The notes below the pieces were generated by a model that was given only the letters and a program-made list of their open reading frames with translations, was not told the origin of the DNA and ran no database searches. A stretch of 64,000 nucleotides of DNA from assembly GCF_030684315.1 (NCBI RefSeq), contig NC_081365.1:29886062-29950061 (forward strand), in the 5' to 3' direction. A program made the position numbers and the translations under genes. Source of the DNA: Stegostoma tigrinum (lineage: Eukaryota). This document shows, one piece after another, positions 26,182-37,616 of the stretch (position 1 is its first letter; every line of letters begins with the position of its first letter).

Positions 26182-27172
26182 CTAGAAACAGAAGAAAAAC
26201 ATTCAGTGTTTAAGTAAAACTTTCAAAAAGAATTAGAATGCCAAGACTATTCACTAAAGTAGTTCAAACTTCAAATGTAAAAACATCCATTAATTTGGAA
26301 TTTAAGCACAGACATTCCAAATGTCAGTAAAAACTAAATTCTATGCAATTCTGTGCAGTTAAGAAATAAAATCATGTGACAGAACAATCTAGATATGCAC
26401 ATTTAAAGGTGTTTGAATGGGCACCCACACAGGCCAATATTTTACAACATAACAGGCTGGATTCATGAAGCAGTGGAAATCACCAGCAACCTTTATATAA
26501 ATTTGACCTTTTATGGTCAGAGAGATGCTCCCTAAAAGTATTAATTTAGTATATCATTAAAAAACTCAATTACTCTTCATTTGGCAATGTTATTTTTTCA
26601 AAGGTTTTTACAGTGAGATATGAATAGTACAACAATATAGGAGGTTCTCATCAGTTCAATTAATTCTCATCAAATGATACTGAGGGAACCTCAATGATAC
26701 ATCCTCTAGATTATCTTAGGGCTACTGCCAAGCAACTTCTGAATACCTAACTACAGAAAATGCCACTCTGAGATTAACAATAACGATGGCAAATGTTAAA
26801 AACACTGCTGCCATAATCATCATAAAATGTGTATATATTAAAAGCAGTACGTCATTTTATGAAAATTAAATAACCTCAACTATAACAGCCATGAATCAGG
26901 CCAGAGAGGGTCACCTCTGCAATTTTAAATTGTGAATCACACTTTACAAAGTAGTTTACATGAGCGTGTTTACAGCTGTTCACAAAGTAGAAAGTTTCAA
27001 TTTTACCACATAATTGTAAAAATACAGAACTAAGTTGAGAGAAGAAACAATGCAGATAACATTGCCCATCATTCTATTCCAGGGAGCTGAGAATCAAATC
27101 AATATGTAGAAGATTCCAATCAGTTTTCCATCACAACATGACCAAAAGAAAAATCTACAAAAAGATTGTATC

Positions 27173-27325
27173 AGTGATAATGGGAACTGCAGATGCTGGA
27201 GAATCCAAGATAACAAAGCGTGGGGCTGGATGAACACAGCAGGCCAAGCAGCATCTCAGGAGCGCAAGAGCTTTTGTGCTCCTGAGATGCTGCTTGGCCT
27301 GCTGTGTTCATCCAGCCCACACTTT
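27173..27325. mobile_element. PLE-terminus fold-back element, ribozyme centre deleted
   Basis: Inverted arms gggctggatgaacacagcaggccaagcagcatctcaggagc / gctcctgagatgctgcttggcctgctgtgttcatccagccc; direct repeat ATCTACAAAAAGAT at 27153-27166 and 27326-27339. Confidence 0.85.
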
Positions 27326-28859
27326 ATCTACAAAAAGATGGCTGGTGGTGGCAGCAGCAATGGGGTGATCATAGTGGTTGCAGACCAACTACAATTTAAG
27401 CATTTCTAACTAGCTTTACAGAAGTGATGTCATTTATTTTGTTGGAGTGTGGGAGATACTAACAATGCAGATTTATTGCCTATCCAGTTGTCTCTACAGT
27501 TAGCTACGCAGCTGTGTTTTTACAACAATTGAAAAGCTTTCATGATCCTTATTTCTACCGACGTTAGCTCCCAACAATCAAATGCAATTTCTGTGCTTCG
27601 ATGACAAGATTTGAACTGGAGTTCAGAGTTACTAGACTTACGGCAAGATTAATAGGATACTGAGGTAACACAGTGTGAAGCTGGATGAACACAGCAAGTC
27701 AAGCAGCATCAAAACAGCAGGAAAGTTGATGTTTCGGGTCAAGACTGTGGGGAGAGGTTACTGCTTGCTTTCTTAATATATTGTCTATAATCCTAAGAAA
27801 AACTACTTGATGTGAGTTAACACAACTCAGAACAAATGCAAAATAATATGAAACATGGGGTAATATGGTCAGAGCTAATGGATGACAAAGTAAAAAGAAA
27901 CGACTAAGCAAAAATTCATTTTTAATCTCCTGGCTCTTTACAGAATGGAAAAATAAAGTGCTTATGGAGGAATCCTAAACAAAAATCACAAACAGTTAAA
28001 ATTCAACTGTTGTTAAAAAGAACTGCCTACTTTAAAAATAAAATATACTTTGGGAATTGAGAGAAGCAAAAAGAAACATCAACTTGAATTCCTCAGTTCC
28101 TTAACATAAACACAACAACAAACCACTTGCATATATACAGCAACTCTAACTTGGGTGAAGTACCACAAGCTACCTCACAGGAGAAAATTAACAAAGTGTG
28201 ACACCAAGCCACAAGATAAATTAACACACAGCCTAAAACTTGATCAAATGCATGGGTTTTAACCAAAAGCTCAAAGGGAGGCGGAGACAGTGAGGCAGGG
28301 ATGCCAAGGGAGGAAATTTCTAAGTCTAGGGCAGTGCTTCACAAACCCTTCCCCACTGAGAACCACTTCAAGGCTTGAAAATTATTGCAACCCCTTGGTG
28401 AGAGGTGGAGTATAGGATATTTGAGAACGAAGAGGAGAGTCAACCATTGCCACCTCGATACTCACAACTTTACCTGTGGTCCCAAACCCAATTTTAGGGA
28501 GCCTGGCTTAGAGTCTAGGCAGATGACAACTATCAGAGTAGAGGAATTCATAACAGGATGTGCAAGAGACCAGATGTTTTGGACTGCAGAGAGCAATGAA
28601 GGTTGTAGAGATGGAGCCTCAATTTGCAAAGTATCAGAATGTCCCATGAAAACTCTAACATAACAAAGAATATTCAAGAAAAGCAATGAAGGAGGAGCCT
28701 GCAAAGCAAGTTGACAATGACAGTCTAATCGTAGACTATGTATAAAGTATTGTGTTGACTGAACTGCAAAAAAATGTTGCCAAAGGCACCTTTTGTTACA
28801 AGACAATGCAATGTTCAGGACAGGACAGGAGCCCCACAAAGAAATTAAAACTGCAGTCA

Positions 28860-29560
28860 GTGTTGAAAAAAAAAGTTAATATTCTCTCATTTATTTCCAA
28901 ATGAATTCCTAAGTGATTTCTCCAAAGTGAAGGGGACTAATGCTCAAGAAAATAGGATGCAAGAGATGATATCAGGTTCAAACTGTTGGAGAGTAATCAC
29001 CAACAACTGGTCAGGTCGGCACAACAGCGAGGGCCGAAGGGCCTGTACTGTGCTGTGTTCTATGTTCTATATGTAACGTGTCATGTCTACATTTAATTTG
29101 GAAATGGCCAGAATGCTGATTAAATCAGAGCAATTAACCAAGCCTCACATTCTAATTCTCTAGAATTTAGAAGGTAAGGGTGACCTGATCAAAAACTTCA
29201 AAATTTTAACAGGAGAAGATGGAGCAAATAAAGATAAAACTATTTCTACGGGTTGGGGATTCTACAACTAGGGGACAAAGTGTGAAAGTTAAGGCCAAAC
29301 CATTCAAGTGAGCAGTTAGGAAGTACTTCTACACACAAGAGGGCCTTAGGGGTTTAGAACTCGCTTCCACAAATGGCAGTAGATGCAGGATCATTATTCA
29401 TTTTAAATTTGAGATTGATTTTTTTTTCTTAAGCAAAGGTATTAGGCGGTATGAGCCAAAAAGTGAGTACATATGAAGTTTGAACAGCAATCAGCCACGA
29501 CTTCATGAAGGGTAGAACAGACTTGAGCGGCTGAATGGCCGACTGCTGCTTCTATGTGCA
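28860..29560 (+). mobile_element. CR1-like LINE 3' fragments, with a short (TTCTATG) tail insert at ~29010-29070
   Basis: SLEFRR.RGDLIK.FKIL-type motif at ~29158-29210; gggccgaagggcctgtactgtgctgtgttctatgttctat tail. Confidence 0.65.
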
Positions 29561-30375
29561 CATATTCACAATATTGAAAAAAATACAGAAAGAGTAGCCT
29601 ATTCAATATCCATAGTCCCGTGGGAATACAATCTTTCCATGGCTGCACAAGCTTGTTATAGGTATCTAGGGAATCTATTAATCGTCAGGGTCCCAAATCC
29701 CCTCTTCTTTGAAAATGTTTAACATGTTTCTTTCCAACTGCAGGACATGATTGTGAGCAATCTCCAAACTGTAACCAATAAAATGTTTTTGTTTTGAAGA
29801 ACAAAATAGTTTCTAAAAACGGTATCCCAAGACAAGTGACAGAATGCAACAGCAAGACAGCATTAGATAACACACCAAAAAGATGAATAGCATGTCTGCA
29901 TGATTTATTAAAAAAGTTTAGTTAAAAAAACATCTAAATATATTGGACATGCTGAAAACCGAAAACAGCCTGTCCATGAAAACTGATCTCGAAGAAACAC
30001 TAGAAGACATGTTTCTTCTAAATGGAGAACTGTATTGACATTGTTACTGATTACCTCAATTCACATCCATAAGCTGAAGCACCAAATCTGTGAAAGAAGG
30101 AAGACCTGTACCTCATTTCAATTCTTTGCTAAATCAAGGAAGTAAAGCAGCTGCCTCACAGCCCCAATTCGGGCTTGACCAGTGTCAGACAGTCACTCAT
30201 AATCATACAGCACAGAAACAGACCGTTCAGTCTAACTGGCCAACCATAATTCCAAACTAAATGAGTCCCACCTGCCCGCACTTAGCCCATATTTCTCTGA
30301 AAATTTCTTATTTGCATACTTATGCAAATGTCTTTTAAACATAAAACTGTACCTGCGTCACAAATGGCAGCTTAT

Positions 30376-30720
30376 GATCCTATAGATATGGACACTGGTG
30401 GAATAGAAAGTGAGAACTTGGTGATCCTATCGGTGTTGTGGAAGGGGAAGATAAGGGGTGAGGGCAAAAAGGGCCAAGGATTCTATCAACCACAGTGGCT
30501 GGCAAGTTTCGGTTGAGGAAAAAAAATTGAAGCGCACATTCCGGGGGCCAACTTGAAGATAATGGGATCATCAGAACAGATGTGATGAAGACAGAGAAAC
30601 TGGAAGAACGGCCTGGAGTCCTTACAAGAAGCAGATGAGAGTTTATAGTCAAGGTAACTATGGGATTCTATGAGCTTGTAACAGATGTTGGTGGCTTGTC
30701 TAACTCCAGAAATGGAATCA
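30376..30720 (-). mobile_element. Penelope-like RT C-terminal fragment
   Basis: ORF 30486..30725 ATNICYKLIESHSYLDY..SASCKDSRPFFQFLCLHHICSDD is homologous to the PLE at 45400-45540. Confidence 0.7.
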
Positions 30721-31049
30721 TTCATGTCAACAATTTTAGTTTAATGCTTTCAAAGGTTTTTTTTATTAAAAATAATTGAACAAACAAAATATTCAGTGGT
30801 TCAAAAAAATACTGATTGCAGACTACCAAATGTAAATTTACAGTATACAACAATACAAGTAGATGTCAAAGTGTCATTCAGATACAGGTTGCTGAAAATA
30901 ACCATTAAAAAAAACTTGTTTCTTCAACTTTTAACTGGAGATTTTTCATGTAAAGCCATTAAAAAGAGTCCTTTCTTTCTCTGTTTCTTTCTCAATCCAG
31001 TCTCTTATCCCTCACTTCTTTCTCTCAGCACCAATATGACAATGAATTA

Positions 31050-31248
31050 GTGATAATGGGAACTGCAGATGCTGGAGAATCCAAGATAATAAAATGTGAG
31101 GCTGGATGAACACAGCAGGCCCAGCAGCATCCCGGGAGCACAAAAGCTGACGTTTCGGGCCTAGACCCTTCTTCAGAACGTCAGCTTTTGTGCTCCTGGG
31201 ATGCTGTTGGGCCTGCTGTGTTCATCCAGCGTCACATTTTATTATCTC
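31050..31248. mobile_element. PLE-terminus fold-back element with 13-bp TSD and intact hammerhead core
   Basis: ~80-bp inverted arms; direct repeat TGACAATGAATTA at 31037-31049 and 31249-31261. Confidence 0.85.
31149..31176 (-). ncRNA. Minimal hammerhead ribozyme core
   Basis: Minus strand CTGAAGA-a-GGGTC-ta-GGCCC-GAAAC-GTC. Confidence 0.75.
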
Positions 31249-31839
31249 TGACAATGAATTAACCCTCTCTAATTCACACTTCCTTCTTAGTCCTTGCACT
31301 GTTAGTTTCACACCTCTTTAATCCGATTGGCTAAGCCAATATCAGAATTGCATAGTCTGTTCATTCAGGTCACAAAGGCCCTGATTCTATCACTTTGTCA
31401 TCAATTCACACTTAAAGCAAATGGGCAACACAAAAGTAATCAATCAATCTGTACCGGCAAGGGTAAGCTTAACTCAGGAACTGGTGCCCTACTCCATCAA
31501 ATTAGGGACTAGTCATAACAATAAGGGTATTATTTGAGGGTGGTAATCAGAAATGGAGACAACTAAAGAAACAGGGTAAAGTTTCTATAGACTAGTACAG
31601 ACAATTCATTCAAAACTGAAATTGCAACAGATCCTCTCATGGGACAGCTACAAAAAGCCAATTTTGTTTTTAATAAAGATTTTAAAAATGAAGTTTGCTT
31701 CAGAACTTGAGAAGAGAACTGTTCTGAAAAGACACCATTTTTCAACTGCTGGGTACAGATGCGATGGTCCCACTTCTAGCAGCACAATCAATCAGGGAGC
31801 TGATAATGCAATGACATAAGAGACACAACCAAACAAGTA

Positions 31840-32995
31840 AGAGTGATCTACATAGGCTTCAGTAAGGCTTTTGACAAAGTTCGGCACGGTAGACTGGTTA
31901 GCAAGGTTAGATCACACGGAATACAGGAAGACCTAGCTATTTGGAATCAGAGCTGGTTTGAAGATAGGAGACAGAGGATGCTTTTCAGACTAGAAGACTG
32001 TGACCAGCAGTGTTCCAGATGGGCCAGTGCTGATCTGGATGTCAACCTAAGAGGTATGATTAGGAAGTTTGCAGATGACACCAAAATTATCGGTGTAGCG
32101 GGCAGCCAAGTAAATTACAACTGGCCCTTGATCAGTTAGGCTGTTGAGCTGAGAAGTGGCAAATGGACTTTAAATTTAGAAAAATGGGAGGTGCTGCATT
32201 TTGGAAAGACAAATCAGGGCAGAACTTATACACTTAAAAAGGTAAGGTCCTGGGGAATGCTCCTGAACTAACAGACCTTGGAGTGCAGGTTCATAGTTCT
32301 CTGAAAGTAGAGTCACGGATAGACAGGATAGTGAAGAAGGCATTTAGTACGCTTGCCCTTAATTGGTCAGTACATTGACTATGGGCGTTGGAGGTCATGT
32401 TGCGCCTGTACAGCACATTGGTTAGGCCACTGGAGTAATACTGCACTCAGTTCTGGTCTCCCTGCTGTACGAAGGATGTTGTGAAACTTGAAGTGTTCAG
32501 AAAAGATTTACAAGGATGCTGCCCCGGTTGGACGGTTTGAGCTAAAGGGAGAGGCTGACTAGGGGCTATTTTCCCTGGAGCCTTAGAGGCTGAGGGGACC
32601 ATTATTCAAATTAAACTAGCCCCATCTGCCTGTGCTTGGCCCATTTACCTCTGAACATTTCTTACTCGTGTATTTATCCAAATATCTTTAAACATAACTG
32701 TACCTGCATCCACTATTTCGACTGGAAGTTCATTCCACATGGTGTCAGAAATTGTGCCTTATAATCCCATAGATACAGAGGCTGGTGGAGTGGAGAGGAG
32801 AAAACTTGGGGATCCTATCATTGTTGTAGAAGTGGGAGGGAAGGTAAGTTTTCAAAAACGATAAGGGGCATAGAATAGGAAGCATTTAGAGGGATGAGGA
32901 CCAAATGCTGGCAAATCAGAATGGACAAATTTAGGATATCTGGTTGGCATCGACAAGTTTGACCAAATGGTCTGTTTCCATGCTCTATGACTCAA
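31840..32995 (+). mobile_element. CR1-like LINE fragment (RT to 3' end), interrupted at ~32605-32850
   Basis: IYIGFSKAFDKVRHGRLVSKVRSHGI and KFADDTKI motifs (ORF 31843..32139). Confidence 0.85.
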
Positions 32996-33687
32996 TGAGA
33001 AATGGGGCTTTAAAGGGTGTGAGTGAAAAACATTTATTGTGATAAAACTCTGAAAAAGGGAAACAGTATTTCCCGTTATTGAAAATGCTTTTAAAAATAA
33101 TAAAGAATTATTCATGATCAGCCAAAAAAAACCTTAAATCTTTAAAACAATGCCTGATGTCTTTATATCCAAAACTAAAACAGCTCAACTCTAAGAACCT
33201 TCTTGAAGTGCTACAAATAGACCCAACTAGCAAAAGCTTAGTCTGGCAATGTGGCCAATTTTAATGATCAGGGCTGGCTTCCAGCAATATGCTTTTCTTT
33301 TAATAAAAACTGGCATAAAAGATCTCAAACTCAATTCATACAGAAAGTACATTGTGCTCAAACTTCCTCAATATTTTACATTAGCTTTTCCAATTATACA
33401 CAAAGTATACTGGAAAAAACTGTACCCTGGTGGCATTACTTTTTCCAATTGGTGATTGCCTCAGAAATGATGCAGTCACAATGCAATTTATATTTATCTT
33501 CACAGCCCTCTAAATTGAATATATGACATAAAACACAATTACAGTGAACAATTGGCATTCTAACAGCACAAAAAGAGTACTCTATAATCATTCATTGCCT
33601 TCGCTAGGAAACCATAGCAGAATAAACTATACAAGCAAAAGAAAGTTTCATAGTGAAGTGTAAGTTACAGAACCAACAATGAAATAC

Positions 33688-33747
33688 CTTTAATGTCCCT
33701 GGTCCATCCTGGCCAGCTGGTTGAGTTGCTCCCCTACGTCTATCCAT
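33688..33747 (-). CDS. SENP7: SENP7 first coding exon (whole exon 33766-33688, ATG at 33747)
   Basis: Acceptor ttcttgtacatag, Kozak-like caaATGG, MDRRRGATQPAGQDGPGTLK (human begins MDKRK), donor aag|gtattt, phase 0 matching the next exon. Confidence 0.75.
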
Positions 33748-34779
33748 TTGGGCAGCAGTAGGATCACTATGTACAAGAATACAATTTACACAATTGTTTG
33801 AATGCCAAACAAAGAGGTTACAAGCATTTTTGTCAGTATTTGTAATTTGAAATACATGGAAAATATTAATAGTCTGCTATTTTATAATAGTGAAGGCTTT
33901 AAAATGACGTTTCTAAAGAATGCCCAGTATGAAATTAACATTCAGATAAATAAAGCATTATTTAGCACAATGAGCAGGTGTTCAACAGGCCATATTACTG
34001 CTATTCAATTACATATTTAACCAGGTTGATGATTTTTCCAAGAAGGTACCTGGCAAAGTATAGTATACATTAAATACCTGAAGAAAGAGTAAGTTAGCCA
34101 ACCAAGTGGTCAATACCAGCAAAAAAAAAGCATAATTGAAGGTTTTAACAGAAAATGAGAATTTGACATGTACCTCATAATATTCATGAATGATGAGACA
34201 TTTCATGAAGTAATTAAAATCGGTTTGAATAACTAAATTATTTTTTAAAAATTATGAAGTATATAGGGAAAAAAAAAGACCTTGTACTGTGGAATACACT
34301 GCAACATGTAGCTTGATGGAAACAGATTTGATTCAAAGGAAGTTGAATAATTGCCTGAAGAGAGAATTTATATGGGGTCACAAGAAAAAGCTAAGGGACT
34401 GTGGCTAGTTGAGCAGCTCTTTTTGTGAGCCAGATGGGTACAAAAGGACAGATGTCCCCCCTCCTTCTGCGTTATAACCATTCTATGCTTCTGGCTTTAG
34501 GAAACATTTCTAAATTAACCTGTTGAGAGAGGTTATTACACTACGCTGAAGAAGGTGGGATTTGAACCTGGGCCTCCTAGTTGAGAGGTAGGGACATTAC
34601 CACTGCCCATCAAGAGCCTATGATTCTATTTTATTGCAAAATTCTACATTGGATTTAACAACTGTGTAATTAAATAGACTGTGGAAGGAGGCACAAGGTT
34701 ACCTGACAGAAAATTGTTCAATAGCAATTGGATAGACGTCAGTGAAGATACACTCAAAAGTGAAACTTGCAACCCCATA

Positions 34780-35215
34780 AATACTCAGTGGAGTATTTCT
34801 CATTTTGGCGTAGTTCCGGGTTACCACAGTGTGTTGTCGCTTGTTTAAATAGTGTTTACAAGCAACTTTGTTTGTGGGTGTTGGGGTGGTTACTGTCGCA
34901 ATTAGGTACATGGCCAGTATGTGTGGCTTTACTGTGTACCTTTGTCAGGAATTCTGCATTAGCCCTGCCTTCTACCATAATGACCAGGAATGGGGGCTGT
35001 TTGTTCTTGTCCTCTTCCATGGCGAATTTGATGCCGGTGAGAGTATTGTTTATTAGTTGATGCGCCTCCTCTGGTTTGGTCCATTTCATGACAAAAAAAG
35101 TGTTGTCCACTTATCTGATCCACAGTTTGGGTTGGATTCACAGAAGGGCCATGCTTTGGAGTCTCTGCATCACTGCTTCTGCTATTAGTCCAGAGGTTGG
35201 TGACCCCCTGAGTGT
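34780..35215 (-). mobile_element. Penelope-like RT fragment
   Basis: DNTF..IKFAMEEDKNKQPPFL..TKVHSKATHTG..SNHPNTHKQSC is the PLE RT thumb pattern. Confidence 0.8.
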
Positions 35216-35566
35216 CCCATTGATCTGCTCACAGATTTGGACATTAAAAGGTAGAACAGGTCATGAGGCATAGGTCCTAAGACTACGTGAAATTTTCAAC
35301 TGATGGCATACAAATCCCCTAATGTCTTCAAGATAATTGTTCTTACTTTTCTTTCAATGAAATTCTCTTATGTGATTTGTTATTATTCTTGAACATTACC
35401 CAACGATACTTAATTCCCAGAAGTTAGTTAAGTATATGATGCAGTGTCATGGGCACCCAAGAATCTCCATGGAACAACAGAATGGATACTAGAGAGAGTT
35501 CCCATGAATGGAAATACTCTGGTGAGAAAAATATTTGTTTTTCTATACAAAACATTCAAGGCCATA

Positions 35567-35651
35567 TGGGTCTAGGCCCAAAACATCAGCATTCCTGCTC
35601 CTCTGATGCTGCTTGGCCTGCTGTATTCATCCAGCTCTACACCTTGTTATC
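35567..35651 (+). mobile_element. Single-arm PLE terminus
   Basis: gggtctaggcccaaaacatcagc...gatgctgcttggcctgctgtattcatccagctctacaccttgttatc; ccatat repeated on both sides. Confidence 0.7.
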
Positions 35652-37616
35652 CCATATTATATACCTTTGCTTTTGCACACCACTCCACCCAAGAAATCTA
35701 TACATCCACCTCCACATTTATAAACTTGTAATTGCATGTTTTAATTTAAAAATTCAGGATTTAAGAAACAAGATATTTCCTGACTGAATTCACAAATCAT
35801 TACCTTCCAACTGAAAAGGGAATTTAGGAAAATATATTTCTTACTTGAAACTTGCTGTCTTAGCGGGTACTGGGAGCAAAAGGCAATTGACGTTTTTAGA
35901 ACGAAACAGGATAGGTACTTTAGAGAAACAAAACTCCTTTCAGATGTTCCTTAAAACCTATCAATTTAACTAAACATTAACCAAAGCATGATTTTCATTG
36001 GGTCAATATCCAACATTGTGTCACATCTTTAAAACCACCTTGGGAAAATTTTCCATGCTCAATATGCTCTATAAAGATTAACTGTTGCTGAGATGTACAG
36101 TAAAAACTTAAACCAAAGATAAAACAACCTGCACAACTGATAACTGCCAAGCAACCAAAATGGTTAACAAGATTAAAAGCTATTAGCTGTACTGTTATTC
36201 TGTGGATCAAATAAACAAATTTAAGACTGAACCCGAGTGGCAAGTTATTTTCTTCTTCTGTGCCTCAAAAAAAGTAGGCAGTAGGAAATCCACATCATTG
36301 GAATTCAACTAGTGTGAAAACCATTCCTTCAAAGCTGTACATGACAAATGTACCAACAGATTCACATATTTACAGGAGATCTCCTGCAGTTTGAACAAGA
36401 CAAGCAAAATGATTCCCCTACTTTTGAGGCCACAGAATGCTGTCACAATTGAAAAATGTTCTGCATTAAAATGACCATGAAAACAAAAATCAAAAAACAA
36501 TTTTAAAATATACACAGATCACTTTTCCAACAGACTTACCACAAAGCCACAATCTTTATTGTGCAGCATTGCAAAAGTCTTCATTCACAGGCCAAATGTT
36601 TGTTCCTGTTTATTGCAAAGAACTTTGCTTTCCACAATAGATTAATGTGCTCCTGGTACTATAGTTGTGTGAAAGCGCTGTTTAATTCTATATTTGTGCA
36701 AGGGCAGCATATCAAAAGCAAGACAAGAAAAGGACTGTCATACTTCACTCTTTATGTAATTGCTTAAATTAATTGTGTTGCAGGTCACATTTGTGGCCTG
36801 AACATGGGACAATCTGGTTTAGCTATTGTTTTAGTCTTCCAGGTGTTTGAGATATTCTGAGATCCACACAGCATTCAGATGGATTCGGCAGAGGATGATG
36901 CCTTGGAAAGACTAAATTTCTGTTTCAGTATGGAGTGGTCGAACTTGAAATTAATCTCGAGATAAGAATGGTTAAATGATTTTTTTAAAAAAATCAATGA
37001 GTTTTGTAAAACAGGGATTTTCAAAGTTTGGATTCTAAATGCTTTTCTGTCCATTTTCTACAATTAAAGACCAAGGCCAACTCAAACTGTATTGCCTGTT
37101 TGGGTGAATAGTTTAATAATTAAAATAGGGGCAGTCACACAAGAATAGACATTTAAGAGAGACATCAGAGAAACACAATCAGCTGTCAAACTATACCCTA
37201 ACATTTGTGACGCATAGTGATGCCAAAAGCATGGGATCAACTCCCACACCAGCTCAGATTACCATCAAGTGGTCTTCTTCTCAACCTCCCTCCTCACCTG
37301 AGGCATGATGACCTTTAGGTTAAACCACTGCCAGTCATCTCTAACATGAGCTGCCCTACGGTCCAGTCGGCTATGGTAATTTTAGCTTTATAACCTTAGA
37401 GAATTCTTTAAAAAAAGATAAGCTGATGGAAGTGCTAGTTGTGATTTTTCTCCAGTTCTGACAAATTCAAAACGATGGGTGAAATGCACAGCTCTAATCA
37501 AAACAACAGACCAATCAGAAAGATATATGTCCTGTTCAATAATGCAGGTTACTGAAGAGGCTTTGCATGCACAGATACCTAAAGTAGGGTTCTTCATGAA
37601 CAATTTTCATATAAAG

